From: a virus
Lineage: Duplodnaviria > Caudoviricetes
Length of the DNA: 36,726 nucleotides
Strand: one strand, 5' to 3'
Virus record (IMG/VR): IMGVR_UViG_3300025018_000306
Coordinates: 1 to 36,726 of that record
The translations under genes and the position numbers were made by a program. The notes under the pieces were generated by a model. That model was not told the DNA's origin, made no database searches, and worked only from the letters and a program-made list of their open reading frames with translations. This document shows, piece by piece, positions 7,468 through 16,990 of the stretch (the first letter of the stretch is position 1; the number at the start of each line of letters is the position of its first letter).

Positions 7468-10400
7468 TTAGCCTGTCAGTGTTCGGGAATATGGGCGGGA
7501 TATTGAAAAAGAAAATCGATAAAGTCTTAACTTATCACTAGTACTATCTATAACCGCAACATCTGTTCCGTTTAAGGTGCACATAGCGGCTAAGCTAGAC
7601 GCAATAATTCCCGTATCACCAGAGTCTGCTATTTTGCTAAATATTGACCCGTTAAATCGATATACTGATAAGGTTTCATTATAATGATCTATTACGGCTA
7701 TATCTGATCCATTCAATGCTGAGACTGTTGTATCTGACGAAAAAGCAAGTGTTGAGGCACTACCAACCTGCGACCATGTTGATCCATTAAATCGATACAC
7801 TCGCCCATCGCCTGAAGCAAGCACTATATCTACGCTATTTAGCATAGTTGCGCTTGACCGAAAAAACCCGACATTAAGATATGATCCCAACTCCGCCCAA
7901 CTACTGCCGTTAAATCTGTATGCTTGTAAATGATAACTGCCATAAGTGTTTTTGTATAATGCTATATCAGTGCCATTCATTGCGGCTAAAATTACAAATG
8001 ATAGTCCCGGTATTGATAATCCAGTTCCAACCTGCGACCATGTTGATCCATTAAATCGATATGTCCTCAACTGCTCTATTGTTCCATCATAATACGCAAT
8101 ATCAGTTGCATTTAACGCCGATATAGCAGGCTCACCCATTCCCGTAATGGTAAAATCAGTTCCAACTGACACCCAAGAACTTCCTTTAAATCTAAAACAC
8201 TTCAGCTTGGAACTTATTGTATCTGCTACGACAACATTACTACCGCCCAGCGCGGTAATACTGCACCACGCAAGAGATGTTATGGTTAAATCGCTTCCAA
8301 CTTGTACAGGCCTCCCCCATTGTACGCCACCGTTCAGATCCCCCTCAAACTCTATGCCAGCGACCTTGCACCCGCCTGTAAGGCCGCTAAAGAAAAACCC
8401 AAGCTTAGTACCATCAATAGTCGTGCCGTCTTCGTCATATCTATCCCCCCCCCGTAGTGATGCGCTGACCTTGAGAAATTTTGCCATCAATTTGTTTATA
8501 AAAGCCGTCTGAACGGCCAGTACCTCAAAAACATTCGCCCCGGTGCCTATGTAGTCGGCAATCTCGCCATAAGGCCCGCCGGAAAAGCCGCCATCGGCGA
8601 CGGCTATTGTTGCCCGCGAGATATCCGGCCACGCAAGGGAAAGCATGGCAACGGTCGGCCCGGTCTGCTTGGCCCATGTGCCGGATTCCCATCGGTAGAC
8701 GCCACGCTCGGCTAGGGTGGATGAGTAGAGTACGGCGATGTCGTTTTCGTTTGCTGACCCTGGCCCGGAAGCGTACAGATAAGCGCCTTTGTAGACCGGG
8801 ACGGCTGCAAGGGCGGCATTGGCTTTGTTTGTCGCATCGCTTGCCGCCGCTGCTTCTGCTGCTGATTGTGCGGCTGTGTACAAGGCGTTCAGTGCGTTTT
8901 GACGTGCTGTGTAGACATCCTGGAACTTGGCTGTAAATGTGGTACGGACTATTGTCGTATAGTCTGTGTAATTATTCCATAACACCGGGCTGGTAAGGGT
9001 GGCAAGGTAATTTGTCAAAGCGGTTATAGCATTGTCGTAGGCTGTCTTTAGTGCCGTCAGGCTGTATGAAATAAGCTTTGTTCCTATGCCAGATTGTTCG
9101 GCTATTATTTCGGCATGTTCTTTGACTACCCATGGCTTTTCATCGATCGACAATTTGTCATCGTCAACGATTGTAGCTATGTCGTTCAGGGCTTCGGTCG
9201 CGTCCCCCTGGGCGTCGCTTGCGGCTGTCTGTGCGGCGTCGGCTTCGGCTAGTGCTGCTGCGGCAATGACGGAGCTTGAGACATATGTGTCTGCAACGCT
9301 TTCCACTACCTTCTTAACGGCGGCACTTATCACGGTAGCAGGTGCGGTTGATTGGCCGATCTGTGGCGGGCGGGATACTTTGGAGTCGTAAGCCGGGATT
9401 GCGCCTGAATCGGCAGTGTGAACCGCGTCGGCCCGGTCGGTTGCGAATAGGCGGCATCCAAGATCCTCCCCGGCTTCTACGCCGACAATCAGGGCCTCGA
9501 GGCTTTCAATGCTGGCCTCGCCGAACAGGACAAGATCCCCGATAGCCGGGATGGTAGCGACGGCAACGGTAAAGGTTAGCGTGTTGGATTCCGTGCCAGC
9601 GGCATTGTTGATAGCGGCATATACGGTGGAATTGTCAGACGTTAAACGCATCCGGACAGCGTAGGATTTGCCCGCCTCGAACCGGCAAAGCTCATCGATG
9701 GTTATGGCAGTGGCGTTGACCCCGGACATGGCAACGGATTTGATCCGGGATGATATAAGGCCGACCGCTATTGAGTCATGGGCTATACGTACAAGGTCGC
9801 CGGGCTCGGCAATTATGCCCTCGGCGTCCGTCTCGAAACTGTAGACCTCGGGCCTGAGCCTGGAAACGGCAAGAAGGTACCGGCCATGCTTGAACGCAAG
9901 GTCGGCGCTTGTGACCCCGGCGAGTTGCACCTGCTCAAACTTGGTAGCGTTTGCGATTGTATAGCCGTCATCGTAAACGATCCGCTCTGCTGGTGCGTAG
10001 CCATCCGCTGCGTTTATATAGTTGATCTTGAGCGCGTGGGGTCGATCACGGAAGGCTTTTTGCCACGTGAAGTTGCGGACATTCCTTGCTGCAAAATGCT
10101 GGATTACCGTACTCTTTGATTCGTCAACCACGGCTGAATAAAGGCCATCCCGGAGCGTCATCGAGGCCCGTCCGGTCTGTGCTATCGTTGACAGGATATC
10201 CCTCAGCCTGGTGCCGCTGGACAGGACAAAGTTACAGGTCCATCCTTTTGTGGCGCAGGTCGTGTACCATGACTGAATGGTAGTCCAGTCGATCAGGGCG
10301 TCGGCTACCGGGCGTTGACCCATTGGCCCGCGCAAAGCTGCAAGGTACAGGGCCGCTGGATTCTCGGAGTACCCAAAGCTTGACCAGTTGCCTCCGGAGT

Positions 10401-11691
10401 ATATCGGGACGCTCTGCTTGGCAATGCAGTTGATTTGATCGACCGTCCCCTGAAGGTCTGCGGTAGCCTTGATCTTGATTGCCAGGATACAGATGCCAGC
10501 CTGGACGGTTGCATCTATCGGCCTGACTCCTGACTTGATCGAACGGAAAGCTGACCATTGAGTGAGGCTTGTGCCTTTGAAGTCGCTGGCATCGTTGGCC
10601 GATCTGGTTAGCGCGTAGTCGTACTGGCCCGATGCTACCGTTTCGGTAAAGTTGTACCGGGCGGTCTTGGTAATGCTTTTGGTTAGCGAAAATGTATTGA
10701 CAGTAGAAGCCGCTGCCCATGCGGTGCCAGACCCCGTGACCCGTCGCTTTACGGTTACGGTCACTGAATGGTTCTGTTGCGCGCCGTCTGAGTTGTAGCT
10801 GAACAAGCCGCGAGGCAAAGTAATGTCGATCGAAACTTTGGTCGTCCCCGGAGCGGTTGAACGCCACATGTTGTCACCGGGAACGTCTGAATCAAGCTCT
10901 ACCCCCGGTGAATCCTCAAGGACTATCTCCGGGAATAGTGATGGATTGGTGCCGTTGTTATAGACCTGGGCGGTTGCGGTAAATGGCCCGTCTACGGTAA
11001 TCGGATTGTTGATCTCATTGGCCGCATTGGTCGCAAGGATTGTTTCCCCAACTTTGATATCCGACACCAGCACATTTCCGCCCGTCCTGGCATGGGCAGA
11101 CACGGCCATGATGGTATGCAGGTACATATCAACGCCATCGGTTCCATCGATTGATGTATAGCTTTTCGCGGCGTACATGGGCTGTATTAGGTGGGTTCCA
11201 AAAACGCAAGGTACCTTCCCCCATGGATTAGCACGGTTGCGGCCACCGCGGATTGATGGAAGGGTTTCAGAGCGGGGAGCGCCTGAGCCTGGTGTAAATG
11301 CGTCCATCAAGATGGATGATCCAACCAGAGCAACTCCACTAAGTAAAGTCGCCGCTCCTAATCCGACAAGCCACCCTTGCCCGGTAAGACCTCCGACAAT
11401 AATCATTGCCCATCCGGCTACCGAAGTCCAGCCACCTGCCTTGCCCAGGTTCTCTTGAGTATCCCCGCCAGCCGGTACAACCCTGACTACCATATTTGCT
11501 CCCGGCTTGGGAATATACTTGTAATCAGTTATCAACTCGCCATCGACGGCAACAATTATCCGGCCTACGCGGTGCTTGACCACTTCGGGAATGATTTCTT
11601 CGATTGATTTTCCGGGTAATATTTGTTTCAGGATTCGATCTTGCGGCGCGAACGGGTGGACGTGTGCTACGATCTGAATATTATCTGACAC
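7468..11691 (-). CDS. Tail tip / host specificity protein (lambda gpI-like N-terminus fused to gpJ-like body) with C-terminal repeat domain
   Basis: Ubiquitin-like N-terminus (IVAVDGELI...VVRVVPAGG), NRANPWGKVPCVFG, SENPAALY; C-terminal YRFNGSxWxxxG repeats. Confidence 0.88.
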   Translation of the reverse strand: MSDNIQIVAHVHPFAPQDRILKQILPGKSIEEIIPEVVKHRVGRIIVAVDGELITDYKYIPKPGANMVVRVVPAGGDTQENLGKAGGWTSVAGWAMIIVGGLTGQGWLVGLGAATLLSGVALVGSSILMDAFTPGSGAPRSETLPSIRGGRNRANPWGKVPCVFGTHLIQPMYAAKSYTSIDGTDGVDMYLHTIMAVSAHARTGGNVLVSDIKVGETILATNAANEINNPITVDGPFTATAQVYNNGTNPSLFPEIVLEDSPGVELDSDVPGDNMWRSTAPGTTKVSIDITLPRGLFSYNSDGAQQNHSVTVTVKRRVTGSGTAWAAASTVNTFSLTKSITKTARYNFTETVASGQYDYALTRSANDASDFKGTSLTQWSAFRSIKSGVRPIDATVQAGICILAIKIKATADLQGTVDQINCIAKQSVPIYSGGNWSSFGYSENPAALYLAALRGPMGQRPVADALIDWTTIQSWYTTCATKGWTCNFVLSSGTRLRDILSTIAQTGRASMTLRDGLYSAVVDESKSTVIQHFAARNVRNFTWQKAFRDRPHALKINYINAADGYAPAERIVYDDGYTIANATKFEQVQLAGVTSADLAFKHGRYLLAVSRLRPEVYSFETDAEGIIAEPGDLVRIAHDSIAVGLISSRIKSVAMSGVNATAITIDELCRFEAGKSYAVRMRLTSDNSTVYAAINNAAGTESNTLTFTVAVATIPAIGDLVLFGEASIESLEALIVGVEAGEDLGCRLFATDRADAVHTADSGAIPAYDSKVSRPPQIGQSTAPATVISAAVKKVVESVADTYVSSSVIAAAALAEADAAQTAASDAQGDATEALNDIATIVDDDKLSIDEKPWVVKEHAEIIAEQSGIGTKLISYSLTALKTAYDNAITALTNYLATLTSPVLWNNYTDYTTIVRTTFTAKFQDVYTARQNALNALYTAAQSAAEAAAASDATNKANAALAAVPVYKGAYLYASGPGSANENDIAVLYSSTLAERGVYRWESGTWAKQTGPTVAMLSLAWPDISRATIAVADGGFSGGPYGEIADYIGTGANVFEVLAVQTAFINKLMAKFLKVSASLRGGDRYDEDGTTIDGTKLGFFFSGLTGGCKVAGIEFEGDLNGGVQWGRPVQVGSDLTITSLAWCSITALGGSNVVVADTISSKLKCFRFKGSSWVSVGTDFTITGMGEPAISALNATDIAYYDGTIEQLRTYRFNGSTWSQVGTGLSIPGLSFVILAAMNGTDIALYKNTYGSYHLQAYRFNGSSWAELGSYLNVGFFRSSATMLNSVDIVLASGDGRVYRFNGSTWSQVGSASTLAFSSDTTVSALNGSDIAVIDHYNETLSVYRFNGSIFSKIADSGDTGIIASSLAAMCTLNGTDVAVIDSTSDKLRLYRFSFSISRPYSRTLTG
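7763..8061. repeat. 35-bp perfect direct repeat (7763-7797 and 8027-8061) in the tail tip C-terminal repeats
   Basis: ccaacctgcgaccatgttgatccattaaatcgata occurs twice, encoding YRFNGSTWSQVG. Confidence 0.9.
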
Positions 11692-12076
11692 GGTAAAAGC
11701 CCTCCAGCCGTTTGGCCCATCGTGACCCGGCGTAGGATTCCAGCGCCGAATCGTGCTTGTATAGAGTATGTACCATGAGACCGGCCCCGGCTACAACCCC
11801 GATATGACAGTGAGCGCCCAGGATGGTAAGCAAGGCAAGGTCTCCCGGCTCTGGGTCCTCAACCTTATCAACAGGGGCAGTCGGCAAAGCTGAATCGACA
11901 ATCGCCGACAAGCCAGCTCGATCCGCTCCGTCATGCGCGTAGCCTGGTAACTCCTTGCCGTACTCCCGACGCAAGATCATCCTGACAAGCCCCCAGCAAT
12001 CAGCCCCATCCATTCCGTACCCGCTGAACTTGTACGGGATGCCGATATAATTGTTCACCCATGGTGCAACGTGCAT
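11681..12076 (-). CDS. NlpC/P60 tail assembly protein (lambda gpK-like)
   Basis: YIGIPY...GADCWGLVR...HIGV...MVH. Confidence 0.9.
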   Translation of the reverse strand: MHVAPWVNNYIGIPYKFSGYGMDGADCWGLVRMILRREYGKELPGYAHDGADRAGLSAIVDSALPTAPVDKVEDPEPGDLALLTILGAHCHIGVVAGAGLMVHTLYKHDSALESYAGSRWAKRLEGFYRVR

Positions 12077-12567
12077 CAGAACAGCCCCGGAAAGGTGTTC
12101 GGCCTGAACTCGAGTACCGGGAACTCAAGATCAAGCCGCTCTTCGTAGATCAGGTCAGCGGTAATCATTTCCGCATTGCCTCCGACATTCCGCAGGACAA
12201 ACTCCCATGATGCCATTGGCTCGAAGTAGACCGATCCGGTTTCGTCCGTGTAGAACATTGCATGGGCAATCACGGTAGGGGGTACGTCGGTTGACCGGAC
12301 AATAGCGGCTATCTGCTGGTCAATCGCCGAGATGGTCAATCGTGCGTTTGCAATCTCCCCTGCGTCCCTGATATCGGGCGGGTCGAACTTGAACGGGAAG
12401 GCAATATAAGTATTACCGCTGTAAACCAGATTGGTAGTATTGTTGACAATCAATAGCGGGTTAGGATACCCGGCCACGCCATGAGTGATTGAAAGCAGGA
12501 CTGGCAAGCTATGCCCGGATGATTCCGAGTACAGCCCTGCCCGCATGGTGCTCGATAGACTTCTCAC
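12076..12567 (-). CDS. Minor tail protein (DUF1833 / gpL-like)
   Basis: LLSITH...IVNNTTNL...YIAFPF...FxPxxFPGLF; position between Dit and NlpC/P60. Confidence 0.8.
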   Translation of the reverse strand: MRSLSSTMRAGLYSESSGHSLPVLLSITHGVAGYPNPLLIVNNTTNLVYSGNTYIAFPFKFDPPDIRDAGEIANARLTISAIDQQIAAIVRSTDVPPTVIAHAMFYTDETGSVYFEPMASWEFVLRNVGGNAEMITADLIYEERLDLEFPVLEFRPNTFPGLF

Positions 12568-13970
12568 GGCAAAACCTCCAAGGCGACGGATGCGGTATAT
12601 TCCTGATTGTTCGGCGTGTACTGTGGCGGGCCTGCAAACCGTGCGTCCACATTGTATCCGTCCGGGTGAGGGTACTCAAAGGCTAGAGAGCCGCCGCGCG
12701 TAACCGACCGATAAAAGTGATCCAGCACTTGCCGCTGGTTGTTATCCGCGTCGTACTGTGCGGTAAAATAAGTAGCAAGCGCCGTGAACCGCTGACGTGT
12801 CTTGCTTGGCCCGATGTCGGTAGGTGAGCGGATTATCCCCTCTTGCGGCATTTCGGAAAAGCCGTCTTGCAGCGGGTATTCTGATAGCGGATTGTAAATG
12901 CCCGGATTCTGGTACAGCTCCAAAACTTCCTCCGCACTCAGCGCACGGTCGTATATGCGTGGGTCGTCGATGGTGCCTGCAAAAAAAGTCAATGTTGCCG
13001 CTCTTTTCATAAAATACATAATTGAAGAAGTCGGCGCCACAGGGGTAGTTAAGTTTTTTGTTTCAAATAGCGTCCCATTAACAAATAGTTTTGCAGTGGC
13101 AGAAAGGAAATCAACCTCAAGACCTATGTTTGTATACAAACCATCCAAGCCCGTGAAAACGCCAGTGAAGTTAGTAGAGTCGACTCCTGTTCCATTATAA
13201 TATACAAACCTAGCATCGTCAGTTGAAACAACGCGACGAAGCGAGAAAGTTGCAGAGGCGTCCACTTGGTCTAAGAAATAACACTCTGCATTTGTTGTTA
13301 CCATTATTCGAAAATTACAATTAAATATACTTCCAAACGTGTTATGTATAGTGAAATAATCATTCACCCCATCAAAACTTAGCACCCTCCCCGTGATCCC
13401 GGCCACAGGAGTTGCGCCGAAAACGGAGCCATGGTTGCCATTGCCGCTTGCGTCTAGGGCGAGGGAGGAGTAGGTGCCGTCGCCGATATAGATGAAGTCG
13501 ATTTCAAAAGTATCACCAGACACAACGCCATTAAAACCGGGATACACCCGTAGTAGTCCTGTAGCACCAGCACCTATATATAAATTATGAAAATCTGTAC
13601 CATCGTATGTTTTTGTATCTTCATAGATAGTCCCAGTAGTATTTGCAATCCGTGAGCTGGTAGCATCGCCGGTTAATATCTTCGTTTTAACGCGTACTGT
13701 TTTTTCTGCTGTTACGGCTATATAGATAAACGGGGCTGTTCCTGTTGAGGTGACAATCATTTTCCCATTGGAATACGACAGTGTACAGCCAGAAACAGCC
13801 CATCCTTGTGCGTCAGTAAAATCTTTATATAACGCCGTAGTCCCCGCCACGTTGTCCGGGTACTCGGTGAGTAAATTGAAATTGCCATGGAATATCTTTC
13901 CCCGCTCCCGGACATTCCCGCCGGACAGGTTGACGTCATCCAATCGATACGGCCAGCGTAGTACGCCCAT
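12564..13970 (-). CDS. Distal tail protein (gpM/Dit-like) carrying LamG/concanavalin A-like domain(s)
   Basis: C-terminal PLQDGFSE...IIRSPTDIGPSKTRQRFT...GSLAFEYPHP is Dit-like; DASGNGNHG...LSFDGVNDY...GTIDDPRIYDRALSAEEV is LamG-like. Confidence 0.82.
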   Translation of the reverse strand: MGVLRWPYRLDDVNLSGGNVRERGKIFHGNFNLLTEYPDNVAGTTALYKDFTDAQGWAVSGCTLSYSNGKMIVTSTGTAPFIYIAVTAEKTVRVKTKILTGDATSSRIANTTGTIYEDTKTYDGTDFHNLYIGAGATGLLRVYPGFNGVVSGDTFEIDFIYIGDGTYSSLALDASGNGNHGSVFGATPVAGITGRVLSFDGVNDYFTIHNTFGSIFNCNFRIMVTTNAECYFLDQVDASATFSLRRVVSTDDARFVYYNGTGVDSTNFTGVFTGLDGLYTNIGLEVDFLSATAKLFVNGTLFETKNLTTPVAPTSSIMYFMKRAATLTFFAGTIDDPRIYDRALSAEEVLELYQNPGIYNPLSEYPLQDGFSEMPQEGIIRSPTDIGPSKTRQRFTALATYFTAQYDADNNQRQVLDHFYRSVTRGGSLAFEYPHPDGYNVDARFAGPPQYTPNNQEYTASVALEVLP

Positions 13971-16246
13971 TATCCCCTCACTCCCTGGGGCCTGACCCCA
14001 TAGCGGCCCATACTCGAATCCATCTTGCCGGTTGCGAATGCGCCGCGCATGATGTTTTCCACGGTCACGATTATCTGCTTTGATCCGTCCGAGTTGGTAG
14101 TCTCTGCGGCATTGGCTACCGTGCCTGATGCGTTATTGTTGATTACCACTGACACGCTTGAGCCGGAAGCCTTGACGCCTAGCTTGCCGTCCGATCCACG
14201 AGACAGAGGCATGATAGCTTCAGGGCCAGCCTCGCCCATCAAGCCTGCACCCTTGGCAAAGGCAAACATTGTTGGTTGATTTACGACCTGGCCAGAGTAG
14301 GCAGACAGGGAAGGCGAGTCATAAACTCCGCCTAGCGCGTTGGCTGTCACGCTTGAGCGGGCAGAGTTTGCAGCACCCGCGCCGATTGCCACAATGCCGG
14401 AAGCGGCTACAAGGGCAACTCCTAGCCCGAATGTTGCCGGTTTGAGCATGGCGGTAAGTCCCGCATTGAGTAGCAACATGGGCAGCTGGTTGAGCATCTG
14501 GATTCCCATGTCGGCAAGTGCCATTGCAAGCCCCTCGCCCGCGTTGGCTCCGGTTGCAAGCGCCTCGCCGATCGCCTTGAACGAATCGACGTAGCCTTGC
14601 TTGAGTGAATTCTGCATGGCTGTTTCAATCGCTATGATTGCAATTTCATAATCTGTCAACGCTGGCTTGAGATTGGCAAGCTGACCTTGAAGCTCAGCTA
14701 TTGCGCGGGTGTAAAGATCGGCATCAATCTTGCCCATTGTGAAAAGCTCGCCCAGCCGTTCCATGTCTGATATGATTTGCTCGCTCGGATCGGCGAATCG
14801 GCTTTTAACAGCTTTGATTTCATCGTCAAGTTTTTTGGCTGCATCGGCTGCGGCTTTGAGTTTATCGGGTATTATTTCAAGTGATCCGACTGGGATTTCT
14901 GCTGATCTTGCAAACTCCACGGCCGTATCGACGAGGCGCTGGTATAGCGGGTTGGAGGTGCTAATTAATCCGTTTGAATCTTCGAGTAATTTCTTTGCTT
15001 CTTTCCACGCGGAGTTTGATAGACTTTGGTAATCAATAAGCTCGCCGAAAGTATCAACCCGGCGTTGTTCGGCCTGCTCCATTGCCACTACACGCTGGTA
15101 TGCGTCATTGCCTAGCTCTGAGGCTATCTGGTCGTCAGAAGGCCCTCCGCCACCCCCGCCGCCTGTTTTGGTTTTTGGTGTCTGTGAGCCCAGCGCCGCG
15201 TCAAGCCTTTTTAACTCTTCTGCCTGTAATAACAACACGGCAAGCCTTTTTTCATACATTTCTATTGTTTGATCTGTGCCGATGCCAAGCATATTGCCGC
15301 GAACATATTTTTTTTCAAAAGCGGCACGATCGCGCTCAGCAAGTGCAAGCACGTCTTGAACCTCGACTATCGCCCGTGCAGTGTCAGTACCACCATAAAA
15401 CATGTTTCTTAATGCGGTTGACGCGTTGTTTGCTTCGCGGATTATGTTGGTCAGCTTCACCACAAAAGGATTCATGCCATCGGCTATTACTTGTCCAAAC
15501 CCTTCTTTCATATCGCTGATCACGCCTGAAAGTTTTGTAAATGCGCCCGTTGACGTATCTCCTGCCGCTCTGGCCGCTCCCCCGAATGCCTTTTCTACCT
15601 CGCCTAGTATGATTTCTTGAGCGCCTAAAAGGTCGCCGGATTCTTCGAGAACTTTGACCATTTCTTTTTGTTGATCGGTAAAAATAAATCCGACCTTGCC
15701 AAGTGCTCCCATCCCTTGAATTGGGCTATCAAGAGCCTTGCCTAATTGCTGTGCGGCTCCGACAAGATCACCCCCCATGATTGTAGCCATGTCCAGGATA
15801 GCTTCGGTTGTGCGCTCGAACTGGTCGCCGCGAATACCACGGAAACCAAGCAGTACAGCATTCATCCCGATGATCGCTTCATCCCCAAAAAGCGTAACTT
15901 CCTGGAAAGCGGATGCCATGTCCTGCAATTCCCTGGAAGTCAAACCGACCGTGCCACCTGTGGCTTTCAATACCGCATCAAGATTTGACACGGCGCGTTC
16001 TTGAACTGCATACAGGTCTGTCAGTTCTTTACCAGCGGCATAGAGTTGTTTCATTCCACGGGTCAAAACGCCGAATGCCGCGACCGGGCCCTGCATGACG
16101 GCCTGCATGTTGCGGAACTTGTCCATCATGGACATCGTTGTTTTTTCGGTTTCTTTGCCGGTCTTGGCCAGTTCATCAAGCTGTTTCTTGGCTTCGGCAA
16201 TTCCTTTGGGAGTGACTTCAACCGTTAGTTTCGCGATATCAGGCAT
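13970..16246 (-). CDS. Tail tape measure protein
   Basis: Long Ala/Gly-rich helical protein; C-terminal NALGGVY...GLMGEAGPEAIMPL motif. Confidence 0.93.
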   Translation of the reverse strand: MPDIAKLTVEVTPKGIAEAKKQLDELAKTGKETEKTTMSMMDKFRNMQAVMQGPVAAFGVLTRGMKQLYAAGKELTDLYAVQERAVSNLDAVLKATGGTVGLTSRELQDMASAFQEVTLFGDEAIIGMNAVLLGFRGIRGDQFERTTEAILDMATIMGGDLVGAAQQLGKALDSPIQGMGALGKVGFIFTDQQKEMVKVLEESGDLLGAQEIILGEVEKAFGGAARAAGDTSTGAFTKLSGVISDMKEGFGQVIADGMNPFVVKLTNIIREANNASTALRNMFYGGTDTARAIVEVQDVLALAERDRAAFEKKYVRGNMLGIGTDQTIEMYEKRLAVLLLQAEELKRLDAALGSQTPKTKTGGGGGGGPSDDQIASELGNDAYQRVVAMEQAEQRRVDTFGELIDYQSLSNSAWKEAKKLLEDSNGLISTSNPLYQRLVDTAVEFARSAEIPVGSLEIIPDKLKAAADAAKKLDDEIKAVKSRFADPSEQIISDMERLGELFTMGKIDADLYTRAIAELQGQLANLKPALTDYEIAIIAIETAMQNSLKQGYVDSFKAIGEALATGANAGEGLAMALADMGIQMLNQLPMLLLNAGLTAMLKPATFGLGVALVAASGIVAIGAGAANSARSSVTANALGGVYDSPSLSAYSGQVVNQPTMFAFAKGAGLMGEAGPEAIMPLSRGSDGKLGVKASGSSVSVVINNNASGTVANAAETTNSDGSKQIIVTVENIMRGAFATGKMDSSMGRYGVRPQGVRG

Positions 16247-16592
16247 CAGCCGCCTCCCTCGTTTTCTCCGCTACAAAGGCCTGGTACTCTCCGTCCATGG
16301 CCTTAATTGCCTCAATCTCCCATGGCTCAAGATTGCACCCGGTCGCCTGCTGGTACGCTACGATTTCGGCATAGGTTATCTTCTCCGCGCCTACCAACTC
16401 CCAAAACTTGTAAAACAGGTATTCAACTCCGGTCGGTATGACCACAGAATCCAGTTGCTTGTCACGCCGCCCGGTCTGCCTTTCCAGGCTTTCCAGATGC
16501 TCCCTTAGCGTCCCCGCTTTGCCCGGCCATTCGAGTTTGAGGCGGGCTTTGACGGCTCGCTTGAGTCCCCGGATGCGGGCAGCGTAAAATTT
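16239..16592 (-). CDS. Tail assembly chaperone frameshift extension (gpT-like segment)
   Basis: The -1 frame is open from the slippery site to 16239 (FYAARIRG...TLREHLESLERQTG...LEPWEIEAIKAMD). Confidence 0.8.
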   Translation of the reverse strand, partial: KFYAARIRGLKRAVKARLKLEWPGKAGTLREHLESLERQTGRRDKQLDSVVIPTGVEYLFYKFWELVGAEKITYAEIVAYQQATGCNLEPWEIEAIKAMDGEYQAFVAEKTREAADA

Positions 16593-16990
16593 CTACGGCT
16601 CTCGACAAACATTTTGACCTGATTCCGGACGATCACTGCAGAGCGATACAGCTTGGCTGCGTTGGCTTCGGTGCAAGTAAAGTCTTTGCCCTCCCATGTC
16701 ACACTCTCGCCGTCAACGGTGCTTTCCCAGTCAAGGGTAAGCGCCGCGTAAAACTTGGCCTCTTTTTCAGCTTCGGTCAGCTTTTCAGGTTCAGGCTCAA
16801 GCCCGTTTGAAGCGCTGGCAATGGCCCGGTATGCGTCCCGCTGTACTTCATCCCGGAGTTGGCCGTATTTGCGCGAATCCGGTCCGAGTACTTTGATCTT
16901 GATCCCGATGGAGTTTCCCTCCATGTCTTTGGGTTCAATCCACCGGCCCGCCTCGGAGCCGGTAGCTGTGTCAAATTTTGATAGATCCAT
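16505..16990 (-). CDS. Tail assembly chaperone (gpG-like)
   Basis: MDLSKFDT...IKVLGPDS...DWE; between tail tube and tape measure genes. Confidence 0.85.
   Translation of the reverse strand: MDLSKFDTATGSEAGRWIEPKDMEGNSIGIKIKVLGPDSRKYGQLRDEVQRDAYRAIASASNGLEPEPEKLTEAEKEAKFYAALTLDWESTVDGESVTWEGKDFTCTEANAAKLYRSAVIVRNQVKMFVESRRNFTLPASGDSSEPSKPASNSNGRAKRGR
16586..16592 (-). other. Programmed -1 ribosomal frameshift site A AAT TTT
   Basis: X XXY YYZ heptamer in the correct phase (AGA AAT TTT). Confidence 0.82.

Noticed and set aside
7763-8061. Repeat pair in the tail tip gene as a diversity-generating retroelement TR/VR
   Set aside because: The copies are identical, short and in-frame within protein repeats; there are no adenine-specific mismatches and no reverse transcriptase gene.
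10232-10867. 211-aa alternative-frame ORF inside the tail tip gene
   Set aside because: Arg/Gln/His-rich off-frame composition with no domain signal.
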